From Spironucleus salmonicida (taxonomy: Eukaryota), in NCBI RefSeq assembly GCF_000497125.1, contig NC_090601.1, positions 1,240,001 through 1,304,000 of the forward strand: 64,000 bases of DNA, given 5' to 3'. The notes under the pieces are model-generated. The model searched no databases. It was not told the DNA's origin and saw only the letters and a list, made by a program, of their open reading frames with translations. The position numbers were made by a program, and so were the translations under genes. Below, one piece after another: positions 12,907 through 26,156 of the stretch. Numbering within the stretch: the stretch's first letter is position 1; the number at the start of each line of letters is the position of its first letter.

Positions 12907-13035
12907 ATGAATTATGAAAATTAAGTTAAGCAAGAACTTATTAAACGTCTTGATTTAGCACAGAAAGAAAGATACACACTTATACTTGAAGAATAAACAC
13001 TGATGTAAGAAATAGATAACTATAAAAAATAGTGA
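12907..13035 (+). CDS. Candidate micro-protein, 42 aa coiled coil
   Basis: MNYENQVKQELIKRLDLAQKERYTLILEEQTLMQEIDNYKKQ*; ends in the typical TAG-TGA-AAT context. Confidence 0.45.
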
Positions 13036-13248
13036 AATATTAGTTTTTTACTTTTTATTTAATGATAAGTTAGCATTTATAAACTAATTGACTTTAAAAT
13101 ATTAATTTTTAAAACAACAATAATATAAAATTTTTTGTTGAAAGTTAAAGATTACACTAGTGAGATAAAGTTATCTTGTATAATATTAATTTACACTAGT
13201 TGCTATATTATATATTAATACCTTTAGTATACTAAAATCAAATCGACA

Positions 13249-14811
13249 ATGACTTAAGTATATTCCACGTTATCTCATAAGTAAGTCCCCGTTTTTCTTT
13301 AATCGCCATGCAATTAAATACCAGGAACAATTATGATAAGTGGTAATCAAGCTATTTTTGCACCATTGGACGAAAAATTAATCACACAAACTATATTATT
13401 GGATTCAATTTCTAAAATTGCTATTAAAAAACTAGATAATGCTCTTCATCTAGTAGATATTCTTACAAATTTTACAAAAGAACCAGATGCAATATAGTAA
13501 GAGTAGTATTTTACGTTAAACTCGGGACCAAAATTAATATAATAACTGTCTCATGAAAAATTATCAGCTTTTAGTCAAATTGAGTATAAAAAATGTTTTT
13601 TAGAACTTATAAATGATCCGCAGTTAATAATAATAGCTACCTATAGTCACGAAGAAATCCAATTTTTTGGAAGCTCTTAAAATATATAAACTATGTTTTC
13701 CGAGCTAGCCATGTATACAATGAAAGCACCTATTGATTCAATCGAACATTATACAGAAAAAGTTGATTCTGGTGAAAATTTTCACTTTATTGTATTCCAA
13801 CCTTCATTTGATGTTGAATAGACTATTATGTAGACTATTAAAAATTAGTAATCTGAAAATAGTCTTTTTATTAGAAGAGCTGTTTGTTTTGAGCCGGTGA
13901 AAAAAGGAGAGATTTTCAATAGTTAACTTCTAAACTAGCGAAAATTTGATAAAAATATTAATATATAATGGGCAACCTAATTTCCAATTAATAATGAATT
14001 TAAATATCACAAAAATTTTGTAAAATAATACCCTAAAATGATACCCGTTAAAATTATTTTCCCTGTTAAGAAATATCCTTCAGATGTGTGGCGCCTAGAT
14101 TCGGATATGATAAAATTTGCAAGAAAAAATAATTAAAATTCACTAGAGACATTAAACGAAGCTATTTTAGATTTATTAGAGTTATCAGAACCACAAGATT
14201 TAATTATCCATACTACAGAGGAATCTAATTTTCCAGGCAGATATTCTAAAATTCTTAACACTTCTTAATTTAAAGATATACTCACAACTTTGCATCTTTC
14301 TTGTCACTAGCAATTGTATCTATAATATTGTTCTGCTCTTGATGGGAGATTTTTAGGAAATTTGTATTCATCATTTGACAAACATAGAAACGGAATATTA
14401 TAAATTATTGATAAAACCATTAAATCTGACGAAAAGTAGGATGTTCATAACTCTGGATAATAATTTTTAATGCTTATTAAAACTGAAAGCTAAAAGGTTA
14501 TTGGAGTGTATCTAACTGATAAGCCATCCGTTCAGGTTCACAGTAACAGCAATTCAATACTTTTTATATTTGAAAATGGTGAATACCGACACTGGATTAC
14601 GACCGGTAAAAATTAAGTTTATGCAATCGCATAAATAGGTAATTATTCTGTTGGAGCAAATAGGCCAGCTATTATTTTGAATTAAACTCTCTTGGAGGTT
14701 AGTTCCAATGCATGTTAGACATTTGGAAGCCCTTGCTTGATTGATGGTAAATATCTGCCTATAGGATAGACAGAAGGTGTATCGGTTGTAGAGATAGTAA
14801 GATTCCTATGA
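13249..14811 (+). CDS. TLDc (OXR1-like) domain protein, 520 aa
   Basis: C-terminal SKILN..LQYCSALDG..L.NLY, LMLIKTESQKVIGVY, LFIF, SVGA..AIILN..L, SNACQTFGSPCL, VEIV. Confidence 0.8.
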
Positions 14812-14897
14812 AAATTTATATTTCATTTTCTGATCGAGTCTAATTTGTTTTATCTCTAAAGATTTAATTATTGTATATTGTGTTATTAATTAAATAA

Positions 14898-15215
14898 ATG
14901 CAAAAACTTAATGATTTTATACAGCCACCTTCTCCTATAAAGAAACACCGTTAAAATTAGTTAATAGAAAGTTTACAGTAAAATCATTTAGGAGCTTCAC
15001 AATATTCATATAGTTTAACTTAAAACTCAGTTGACTTACTTGAAAAAATACGTATAGACAGTCTTTATTATATTCACTTCTAAAGATTAGAGAAAATAGA
15101 GGAATAAAATTAGATATACAAGGCAGGACTTTAAAAATTAAGGTAAGAATTTGAGCAGCTGAAATAAATTCATTTAAGTAACTAATTTGATATCAATGAT
15201 ATCATAGGAATCTGA
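14898..15215 (+). CDS. Hypothetical protein, 105 aa
   Basis: MQKLNDFIQPPSPIKKHR...DIIGI*; code-6 ORF. Confidence 0.6.
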
Positions 15216-15304
15216 GTGAAGTGCGAATATTTATTACTGTACCTTGACTTTACAAATTATTAATACTGTAAAATTTGATATATTCATAAACTATGAGAAA
15301 TTAT

Positions 15305-16735
15305 TCATTATTCAGCCCTCAAACATTTCCAAGGTGCAATTCCTCTTTTATCCGGTTCGTCAAGTTTGCATACATTGGCCCACTCACTTATTGAAAACAC
15401 ATAGTACTTCTAATTTTTAATGATACTAATTTCGTTAGGATTTTCTGCTTTAAATTTATGTATTCCTATTGCTACACCAATCGAATCCGAAGGTATTTGT
15501 TCCTCCTTAACTTTGAAAACTTCTCTATCATGTTTGATAACTGGGGAATAAAGCTCTGGAATTTCTGCAAAGTTACATATATGGTACAAATTAACATATA
15601 TATCTGGTAATATTATATTCAATCCTTGCATAACTGTTCTGAACTTCTTAAAGACTACGAATTCTTGCTAAGAGAATTAAGAACAAAACTATTCAAACTC
15701 AGCATAAACCATTGAATATTCTGATACTTTTTCATTTAATAAAATTTATTTTTTCTCATTATTAGCCTTTGGGGTCAGTTTCATAATATCCTAAGCTAGA
15801 AACTCAATATTTTCTTATTTAGACTTCAATTCGTCTAACATACCTAAATAAGTAGAGTTAAGTTCCAAAATACTATTTGTAATATTATCAGATTCTTTCC
15901 TGAAGCTCAAGAAATCTTTTTCTTTCAAAATAGCACTATTTGCCAAACTCTAACAAATATCTTCAATCCCGATACTAGAACTCAAATTAAGTGTTTTCTA
16001 TGATTCTTTCAAATACTGATATTCACGCTTATTTACTTCATTTTTTAAGACTGAAATAACTCCCCCTGAACACCATATAGGTACATTTTAATAATTTCCA
16101 AATGAGCATGTCTTAACTACAGATAACTAATTCAAAGTTTTATCCCCAAAAATTTTTTTAAAGATATTCTAAGGCAATGAAATCTCTAGATTTATGGGTC
16201 TAAAAACTGCATCTTATTCAATTTTTCTCACAATTAACCCCGGTCTAAATGCATCTTAAGATAACTGGTATTATAAAGTCTCAAAAATGAGATTTTTAGG
16301 CTCTTCAATCTCAAGCCTAAAGGTGCTAACAAGTTATTAATTTGATAACACCTTATAAGCAACTGCGAACGTGATTTAATCATTCTATATTTAACTCTCG
16401 GTGGTTTATTAATGGGAAATAAGCTAGGTTAAAAGATTTTATTTTTATTTTATAAGATCTTCTGAAATTTATGCATAAGTGGACTCGATTTCTTAGATAG
16501 CTAAATTAGTATTTAATTATAATGTATTTAATAGTTAAGTCTTTGGATTCACCCCCAATTCGTTTGGTAATTTTCTAGAAGATTATAAATCTGAGAATGA
16601 GAGTATGTTTAATGTTTCTGGGGAATCTTACAATTGTATTGACTTGCTTACATAAGATGCTGCAGGAAATAATACTGTATTTGGTTTATTTGACGAAGAA
16701 ACTAATGATACAGTACCTTGCTGGTTCTAATCCAT
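15305..16735 (-). CDS. SH3-domain protein with long helical central region (possibly BAR-like), 476 aa
   Basis: C-terminal AIGIHKFKAENPNEISIIKNQKYYV..SEWANV..KRGIAPWKCL is an SH3 consensus. BAR-like centre is inference only. Confidence 0.75.
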
Positions 16736-17364
16736 TTTAGTCTCTAAATATATATTATATTATATTTAATTAATTAAAATATATAGAATTATATATAAGT
16801 TGTTAATATTTTCCCCTCTATGTATAAATAATAATATGTACTTATCAAATTTTAAATTAATGTGATTCCTAAATAGAATTATATAACTGTAAACTAATTA
16901 CTATTAATTCATAAGGTTTCTTTTACTAAAACTATTTTTGTAAGTTTAGTTTATTAATAATGTTATTTATATTAATAGATATCAATTACTTTATAATTAT
17001 TTGAGGTGTTATCGTATACTGACGTTCTAAAAGTTACAGTTACACTTAACCGTAACAGTAAATTTATAGTATATTTATTCCATTTTATTTTATATTCAAA
17101 CTTTCTTTTATTAAAAATTAAATTTCTATAATAGAAATTAATCTTAGTAAAAAATTATTTGGAATTAAAACTTGCAAATTCTAGATCACGAATGCATATA
17201 TTCAATTATTATTATAAACTTAAATAAGATTTATGTCGTAATCTCAGCACAAACACAATAAACTGCCTAAAAATTTTAAAACATTATCAAAAATATAAAG
17301 AATTAACATAAAAAGAATAAATTAATATGAATTTTACGTCCATTTATATATAAAATACATCAAT

Positions 17365-18081
17365 TCACTAAATATTAACCTACAATTTTATCATTCTTTC
17401 TATAAATAGTTAAGATTCAATTTTGGCTGACATAGGATTCTAAGGAATCAAATTGGAAAATAAAGTCTGTTATTCATTAGATAAAATTATATCTGAGTTT
17501 TTATTGAGTGAACTTTATAACTTTTGGAACTCAAAACTATCCAATATTTTAGTTTTTATAGACAATGATGATATTCTTTTTTATCTAGATATCATACCAA
17601 CTTTTTACAAATCTTCAATATCTTCTGCTTTTTTAAACAAAGGTTCAATCGTAGGTAAACACATTCTTATTATGATATCACGAATATTGATTGGTTCCCA
17701 AGAATTGCTTGATTTGAATGGTGTTTTTGATGGAGAAGTTTCCCTATAATCTTGAGGGATAAAGAATTTTTTCTTTTTAATAACTATTAATTTTTGAAAA
17801 TTATGTTATGTATCATCGTCTAGAAGTTCATGAAAAGATGGTGATACTTAGATTATTGACGAATTATCAGAAGTAAATACTTGCTATTGATATGTTATTT
17901 ATAATTTTTCTTGATATGTTTATAAACGTAGTTCCGATGTTTCAAGAGAAGACTACTGGGAGTTTTCCAATAATTAAAGATCAGATGAAAGATTTCTCTT
18001 TATTCCAGCTGCAGTTTAAAATGCTGTAATGCTTTTTAATAATTAGTTTGATGAACAACTATTCCGTATCATATTAAACAT
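17365..18081 (-). CDS. Orphan family member B, 238 aa
   Basis: MFNMIRNSCSSNQLLKSITAFQTAAGIKRN...SWEPINIRDIIIRMCLPTIEPLFKKAEDIEDL; tandem paralog of 18737-19453. Confidence 0.8.
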
Positions 18082-18736
18082 TTTAACAAATTATTGCTAA
18101 TATATCCAGTTAATACTATTTTTTCATTAAATATATATATTTTTTCTTTGGTTTAACTAAACAGGTGTAATATTTTAATACTCGATTAAGCAGTTTTTAA
18201 TTTATAAATAATTAATATCTATACTATTATTTTTCTAAAAACCTAAAATATTCATTAGGAATAATAACTTATATTAATATATTTTAAAATATTAGACAAA
18301 AAGACCTAAATACAAAATTATTAGTGTCTCTATTGATACCTTTAGCTATCTTATACTAACTTAGTACTAATACCATGATTTGGTACAGAATTATATAGTA
18401 AATTTAGGGAGCTTTATGATTATTTTTTTAAACTAAGATAAGAGTTTATTTTTATTCTGTTGAATAAGTAACGTATCTCTCAAAAAAGCCAAAATAGACA
18501 TAGTTAAAAATATTTTACTATAATATGTATAAATAATGCGAATATTTTGATTGTACATTCTACAAATCAATATTTATATACTAAATTAAGTTATGCTTTA
18601 TAGTATCGAGGTTATATTCAATAGTATTTTGATTAACATGAAATTTGTTTAAAATTGCAATGAATTTATACTTATTATAACTAAACCTTAGTAATCTTAA
18701 TTTAGTAAATCCAATATATATCAAAAATTATAAAAC

Positions 18737-19453
18737 TCAATGCATATCCATTTATAGTTTTCGCATTTTGTCCATAAATAATTAAGTTTCAACTTTAGCT
18801 GAAACTACTTCTGTTGGTAACAATATAGAATTTTACTTCTTAAATCCTCCTTTAAATAGCTTGTCAGCTTTTGTATTTGATTAAATTTGTTATTTTTAAA
18901 ATGCGAATATATCCATAATCGATTTTTTAATTGTTACTACTGTCATTCTTTTTAATTTTGATTTCATGCCTATCTTAAGCAAATCTTCAATATCTTCTGC
19001 TTTTTTAAACAAAGGTTCAATCGTAGGTAAATACATCCTTATTATAATATCACGAATATCGATTGGTTCCCAAGAAGTAGGTGACTTTGTTTAAAACTTT
19101 AAAGCAGACGATTAACGTTCGTCTTCTGGAGTAAAGAAAATTTTTTTATTGTATGCAATAAGTTTTTCGAAATCATCTTATTTATCATCCTCAAGAATCG
19201 CTTAAAAAGAAGGTTAAAACTAATGTTTAGATACATTGTACTATATGTCAAAAGATTTTTCCTTTGATATTATAGGCTTATTTTCATTAAGTGAAAGGTT
19301 TAGTATTGATCTATTCCTCCGCGGAGATGGCGCTGTTTGAAGTAATTTAAGATTAGAGGAAGGATTTCTTTTTATTCCTGGAGATGTCTGAAATGCAGTA
19401 ATATTTTTTAACAGTGAATTCGATGAGCAATTATTTTTAATGATGCTAAACAT
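18737..19453 (-). CDS. Orphan family member C, 238 aa
   Basis: MFSIIKNNCSSNSLLKNITAFQTSPGIKRN...SWEPIDIRDIIIRMYLPTIEPLFKKAEDIEDL...VETQLFMDKMRK. Confidence 0.8.
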
Positions 19454-19805
19454 TATTAACGTGTGAATACTTACTAATATATATTATAATATAATTATAA
19501 TGATTTTATTAGTTTCGCGTTTCTACAATTATTAATTTTTAACTTAATAATATAATTCATGGTCAGATGAATCGCATCATCCTACAATAGTAGTATACAT
19601 AACATATAAATTTAGTATTAAGTAATTATTAAGAATATTGAGCAATCTATCATATTATTTATTTAATATCATATTTAACAAGTTAAATAAGGAAAAATCA
19701 TATTTTAAATTCCTTAAATTTTTATTTAATAAAATATAAAAACAAAACTATAAAATTATTATTATATTTATATTTATTACAAATTCGTAAGTAGGGGTTT
19801 CTGAA

Positions 19806-20252
19806 ATGAAAAATTCCGTTATTCCCAAACTTCCAATAAACACAATAACTTACAAGAGAATGCAAAAGACATCTAATGAATATACTTGTTAATCAGCTAA
19901 ATTATTGTCTACAAAATTACAACAAAGGTCAAAAGAATTTGCTTTTTCTCCACGAAAAATCATTACAATGAAAGCAGAGACTCACCGGCCTCAGAAGTAG
20001 TAAAATATGTTATAAATTAATGAAATACACGCTAATATGGATTTACAGAAAATGTTCGACGTGGATTTTGTTGTAAACAATACTCTTGAGGAAGAGTTGA
20101 TTAAGAAACTGTAAGTACAAAAGTTATAGATTATGCATATGTAGATATAGGTAGATAAACTTTTGTAGGGATATTTCTTTTGTTTGAAGGAAATTAAAAA
20201 AGTTGGACTTAAAACATCCGAGTTATATGCTTAATATATAGCATAATTATGA
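19806..20252 (+). CDS. Hypothetical protein, 148 aa
   Basis: MKNSVIPKLPINTITYKRMQK...YIAQL*; code-6 ORF. Confidence 0.6.
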
Positions 20253-20278
20253 TTAGTATCTAAATTCACTCTATATTG

Positions 20279-20755
20279 TCAACTAAACATATCTTAGGCT
20301 TTTTCAAATGATAAACTTACTAAAGATTGTATTACCTCCTCGTCATAGTAACTATATTTTTGGTTGTACTAAAATTAATTATATAACGTTTTAGTTAATA
20401 TTTATAAAGATTATAATATTCCCAAAATTTCATATATTCTTCTAGAATCTTTATTACCTAAATAATCTATTATTTCTTTAGGCTTACTCTCTTGTAACAT
20501 AATTAATTATAGTATTTTACCAGTTAAAGTGTACTAAGTTACTAAAGGATATATGAAATCTGAATTTATTTTATAAACTTTTGAACATCTATGGACTAGT
20601 CCAATTTCTTCCATTACAATTAATGAATCATACAATCTTCTTCGATTAACATTTAATACTTATGATATCTATTTAGTTGTTATTCCTTTAGAAGAATGTT
20701 GTCTTAATAGTTATATTAAAGATTAAGTAATCTCGTAGGCTTTGTTTTATTTCAT
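20279..20755 (-). CDS. Atypical E2F-like protein with two tandem winged-helix DNA-binding domains, 158 aa
   Basis: ISQVLNVNRRRLYDSLIVMEEIGLV and DSRRIYEILGILQSLQIL, each matching the E2F/DP RRxYD..NVLE.IGL signature. Confidence 0.75.
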
Positions 20756-20952
20756 TATTACAGTAAAGAGAAATAGGTAATATTATTTGTAAGCTACTAT
20801 ATAAATATAAAATAATGTAGGAAAGTATATACTTAGTTTGAAAATTCAACAAATAAATTTATTTTATTATTAATTCCAACAATTTTAGTAATTGCTAATC
20901 TGTAAAATATTATTTTCAATAGTTTTAAAGGATGTATATCTCCACTCCTTAA

Positions 20953-22401
20953 ATGGACCAGTTTTAAAATATAACTGATTTTGTACAGGCATATAATTAG
21001 TAAGCTATTAAATAATAAAAGTCGATCATTAGTATAACAAATATGATAAAATTATTGAAAATATCAATAGAGTTACTATCAAAACTACCAAATGTTATTG
21101 ACTATAATTCTGATAATTTTATTGCAATTGGAGATTTGCATGGTACATATATTTCTCTATTAGAAATCTTACCTGGAACTATAAATAAAGATGATAAATT
21201 TATATTTCTTGGTGACTATGTTGATAGAGGTTTTTTCTCAGTTGAAATACTATACGTTTTGTTAAGCTTACTTATCTAGTATCCAAATAATATTATTCTT
21301 TTACGAGGAAATCATGAGACGGAGAGTATGTCTTCGCAGAATGGGTTCTTTTTAGAATTGTTTATTAAATTCGTTAATTAGTAGTATTCGAATTGTAAAG
21401 AATTTTTGGAGTTATATTCGCTGTTTTTGTAACTATTCAATTCGCTTCCAATAGTTTGTACTACGCCCAATTATACCTTGCTGCATGCTGGTCCCGCTCA
21501 AATTCCACTTGAATAGATAAACTTATTGAACCGTTTTAAGGACCCTGAAAGTGATACCACAGATTATACATAGAATGACCCAATTTCAGATATTATCTGG
21601 TCAGATTTTGAAGGATAGTAGAAGTTCCCTTATGGAGAAAATTTAGCGCGAGGGGTATCAATAACTTATAACAGTTAGGCCATCAAAATATTTACTGGAG
21701 ATAAATTACTGATACGGTCTCATACGTGTGTTTCAGATCCAATTATTGAATAAAATTTTATCAATATCTTCTCTGTAGCTATGTATGATGGTAGTAATAA
21801 GGCTAGTTTTTTCAATAAAAACCCTGTATTATTTACAGTAGACAATAAATGGAATATGGATAATTCTGCTATTTTTAATGAGTTTGACACCGATAATAAC
21901 TTTAATGCTGTTTTTAGTATTCTTAATGGAACTACTGAACTTGAATTCAACGACAAATTTAATAACTTAATATGCTCAGATGGTATTTTTGAAATTATCG
22001 ACTAGTAAATTACAATTATTGAATGCATTGGGGAATATTTTTTAGATGAAGGATTTTAGAGCTTATAGTTTATATCGATGCTTGAATTTCCTGAAGTAGT
22101 TTGTGAAATTTATGGGGAAAGTTTCCAGTCAAAAGGTTGGAAATTTCCAAGAATTTTTAATAAAAAGTTAAGTTTGGCAAAAGTTTAATAACTAATAGAT
22201 ACATGGGTAGTCAATGAATGAATTATCGATTGCCGTGAACTAACTGGCATTCTAGTATCAATCTTATTAGTTTTATCAGGTTAATTATAATCTAATTCAT
22301 TTGTAAGTAATGTTATCATATAGTTAGTGTGTAACAAATTAATTATTATTATCTAATAGTCATTAGAATATCTTCCAAACAAGGTTAGCAAATTGTAGTG
22401 A
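20953..22401 (+). CDS. Ser/Thr protein phosphatase (PPP family) with C-terminal extension, ~482 aa
   Basis: GDLHG, GDYVDRG, LRGNHE, LHAG, DIIWSD, RG, IRSH motifs. Start chosen after a TCCACTCC motif; an alternative in-frame ATG lies at 20932. Confidence 0.92.
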
Positions 22402-22711
22402 AGAAAATTATTATAATTTAGAATTAACAGCCTAAAAACTCTTTAAATAATATTTCACTATCTTTATCATACTTCTAATACTTCATTAGTTCCACTATTT
22501 CTATTAATTCTAGTTATAAACTTTACTAGGACTTCTAAAATACACTCTCATTATATACAACAACATTATATATTATTATTACCCTTTAGCTTAGCTATAA
22601 TATGCATCGAGCCATCAAAATCCTATCTAAAGCAGCCTTTACTTGCAACCTCAAATTTTTATTTTATATTAATATATCTTTATATATCCAATATCTCCAC
22701 TCCACTTCAAA

Positions 22712-23884
22712 ATGCAGCAAGGCACTGTTATTATTTCACCTGTGACATAAAATTAGTACCAGATCCTTGAGACAATTGGAACGGGCACCTACGCCACTTG
22801 CTACGCCGCTATTAACCTCAAAACAAACCTGCCTCTATGTCTCAAACAAATTCACTATTCGAGTCTGGAACCTGCCAACCAGCAGCTTTCAGCGCGCGAA
22901 GCATAACTACACGCCACATTAGTCCACCCATCAATCGTAACCTTCCAAGAGGCATTTTTCATCACACACAACGAAGAAACCTCGCTGCTTATTCTCATCG
23001 AACTCTGCGCGTGCTCACTAGAAGAACACATTCAGCTTCGAAAATGCCACTCCAATTTGACTTTTCCGATATTAACATTATTATACATATTCTAGGATAT
23101 TATTTCTTCACTTTCCTATTTGCACTCGAAAAAAATCATACATCGCGACGTGGCGAGCAAGAACCTGTTGTGTATTTTCGCGGAGAACGATGTCTATGGC
23201 GAGTAGATTGAAAAGGTCAAACTCTGTGATTTTGGTGTCTCGAATCAGGGAAATTAGCTCCTGAAAACATAAATTGGGACGCCGCAGACAATGGCCCCTG
23301 AAATTTTCGATAATTTGTCGTACAGCAACAAATGTGATATTTGGAGCTGCGGGTGTGTTTTTTACGAAATTTTGACTCTGAAACCGCTGTTCGAAAATAT
23401 GAACATGGTTTAAATCATATAATAATTAGATAATTTCAAATTAACTTTTGACCCGATTCTCGAGAGTTAGTATCAAAATTTTGAGTTTCTTAGCTTTGTT
23501 TTTGAGCTTGTTACGTCAATGCTCTAGTTAGATTAAAATTTGCGGCCTGAAGCAAAAGAAGTGGAAATTCAAATTCTCAACGCAATTTAGCGATTTAGTA
23601 AAGTAGAAAAAAGTGTTGAAAAAGTATATTTGGACTTCGACGGCGACAAATTTTTTAAAACAGAGGAACCGACTTTCTCCCCTCAAATCAAGCCTGTCGA
23701 GATGAAAAATAAGAGTCCTATTTTGACAGAAAAAATTCCTTCTAAATTAGGCAAGCTTGACAGTAAAACGATGAGTTTGTAGCAGATAAAGCAAAAATGG
23801 AAATCAGAAGGCCAAAAGGGTGGATAGGTGGAGATTTTAAGTGGTCTTACGCCTGAATTGGAAGAGTAAATGAATCGATAGTGA
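22712..23884 (+). CDS. NEK-family protein kinase, 390 aa
   Basis: IGTGTYA, CLKQI, HRDVASKNL, KLCDFG, IGTPQTMAPE, YSNKCDIWSCGCVFYEILTLKPLF. Confidence 0.9.
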
Positions 23885-24548
23885 GGAAGATTTTGGATGT
23901 AATTGTAAATTACTTATTTTGCTTGCTTAATAAAAAGCTGTGGGAATGTTATGAGTTTGAAATAGGAACAACTTATAATAGATTGATAAGTATAGAGAAT
24001 CATCATAAAACCTAAAAATATTGCAGTATTCTTTCATCTTACGTGATTTAATTATAAATTTTATATTTAAAGTATATACAGATTTATTGATAACCATATG
24101 TGTTTTGTAAAAAATAATAATACTCTTATAGTTCTAATAATATGAACTTAAAGCTACTAAGTACTTAATTTGAAAAAATAGGGGTTCTTTATTGTATAAT
24201 TTTTTAGATTTAGAGTTTAGCATTATTATTACGTTACAAAAAATACATTCTTAAATTAGTGATAATTCACTAACATTTCGATAATTTAATGTAATAATAA
24301 TAATGATTAAAAATCTGTTTTCTAGTAATTGAGTAAAAACCAGATATTATTACAGTTTATTAAAATTCAATATTATTGAAATATAATTAACTTATTCAAT
24401 AATTAAACATTATCATTTTCCTAATTTTATGGTTGTATTATAGATAATCCATAACGTATAAACCGTTATACTTATTTTTAAAGGGTTAATAACTTAGTTT
24501 ATCTAGATATATTATCTGTCTTCATTTAAAAACTCTAGTTATTTAAAA

Positions 24549-25769
24549 ATGAAGAATCATAATTCATAACAAAACGTCACGACTCTTGAATTTTCACCTG
24601 TTCATGAATATTAAACTCTCAAGAATAGGCCAACCCGCAAAAATAAAATTATTATCATATGTATAATTTCCCTTATAGTTACTGTCTGCATAATTACTGC
24701 TATCGTTTTATGGGTTATTTTATCTAAACCTAGGCCAAGTAACCTTAAAAAAGTTATAGTTATAGCTAGGCATGGAGCAAGAACATCATTTTATTCTATT
24801 CCTGTAGAGATTGTACCGGATTGGAAGTGTGATTTACCATAAAAAATATCTTATGAAATGTAGTTAATGTTACTAAATACAACATCACCCACACCATGTC
24901 CCCCAGGGGAACTCGTTAAAAATGGATATCTATAACATAAAGAACTATCACAAAGGCTTAAAAGATAGTATATCAACACCAAGTTTGTGGCAGCAGATTA
25001 TGATAATTCATAGATCAGACTGCGTAGCACGAATACAACTCGAACTCGTGCATCTCTATTGGGTTAGCTATCTATTCTGTTCCCAAATTAAGACTAATTT
25101 GATGTTGAAATGGCCGATAACCTAAATGATGGCTATCATCCACCATTCCCCTGCGCCTGGTAATCTGCATTTTAAGATTAAATCTATAAAACTCATGCTT
25201 CTAAATTTCCTATGAAGTAAGAACTTGATAAAGTAAATTCGGCATTAAAAACCAATAACTTAGACTGGAATAAAATTTGGGATGCACTGCGAGCTATAAC
25301 TGGACGTGGTGACTAATTGCCTATATAAATTTCATAAGATACTTATTAATAAGTTGAAATAGCGAATAATATGTTTTGGCGATAATGGTTTTGTAATGAA
25401 AATACTATAAATTCCACTAAAATAGTACAAATTAATATCGGACCCATATTCAATGATATTATTCAAAAAATGACTCAAGATGCTCATAAGCTGAATATTA
25501 TAACTGCTCATGATACTGTTGTAGCTCCGCTAATGACGGTATTAACCAACAGCAATTGGGACTGTAATTAGCCTAAGTTTGCAGCAGATATAGCAATAGA
25601 GCTAGACCAATAAGATTAAATCAGCATAAAATATAATGGATAGAAGGTGACTACACTTAACTGCGCATCTAAAACTTCATGTACATTATAAGAATTTATA
25701 GAACTTTTAACCCCATATGCAGTTTCTGGTTAGGCTAGAATAGATTTATGTAATGTTAAATTTAACTGA
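24549..25769 (+). CDS. Histidine acid phosphatase, type II membrane, 406 aa
   Basis: N-terminal TM IIIICIISLIVTVCIITAIVLWVIL; catalytic RHGAR and AHDT; cytosolic YQTL (Yxx-phi-like). Confidence 0.9.
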
Positions 25770-26156
25770 TTTAAAATTAATATATATATATATTAAGATT
25801 ATTATATCATAATTTAAAAATACTAAAGCACTTATTTTAAAAATCTAATTCTCTAAATTAAAAATTAATCATCTATTTTCATGTTTTGATACTTAATAAT
25901 TTTACATCTCTTATAATTAAATGACTTCTATAAGAATATAGAAAATAAATATCAGAGTTTTTCTTAAATATAAAAAAATTAATTGCATTTAATTCTCATA
26001 AGACAAGTATTATAACACAAATAATAGCTATAAGATAACAGAATTTAATCAAATTTACTATTTAGAAATAATATTTTATGAAAAAAATATATATACAAAT
26101 AATTGATGAGTATTAAAAATTATTCAGGATAATAAATATAGAGATTTTAATTTTCA

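Noticed and set aside
16800-17350. ORFs in long AT-rich spacers (also 23900-24500, 27200-27900, 33000-33900, 34500-35400, 39700-40300, 54500-55400)
   Set aside because: With one stop codon all frames are often open; translations are I/L/F/Y/N-rich without protein-like character.
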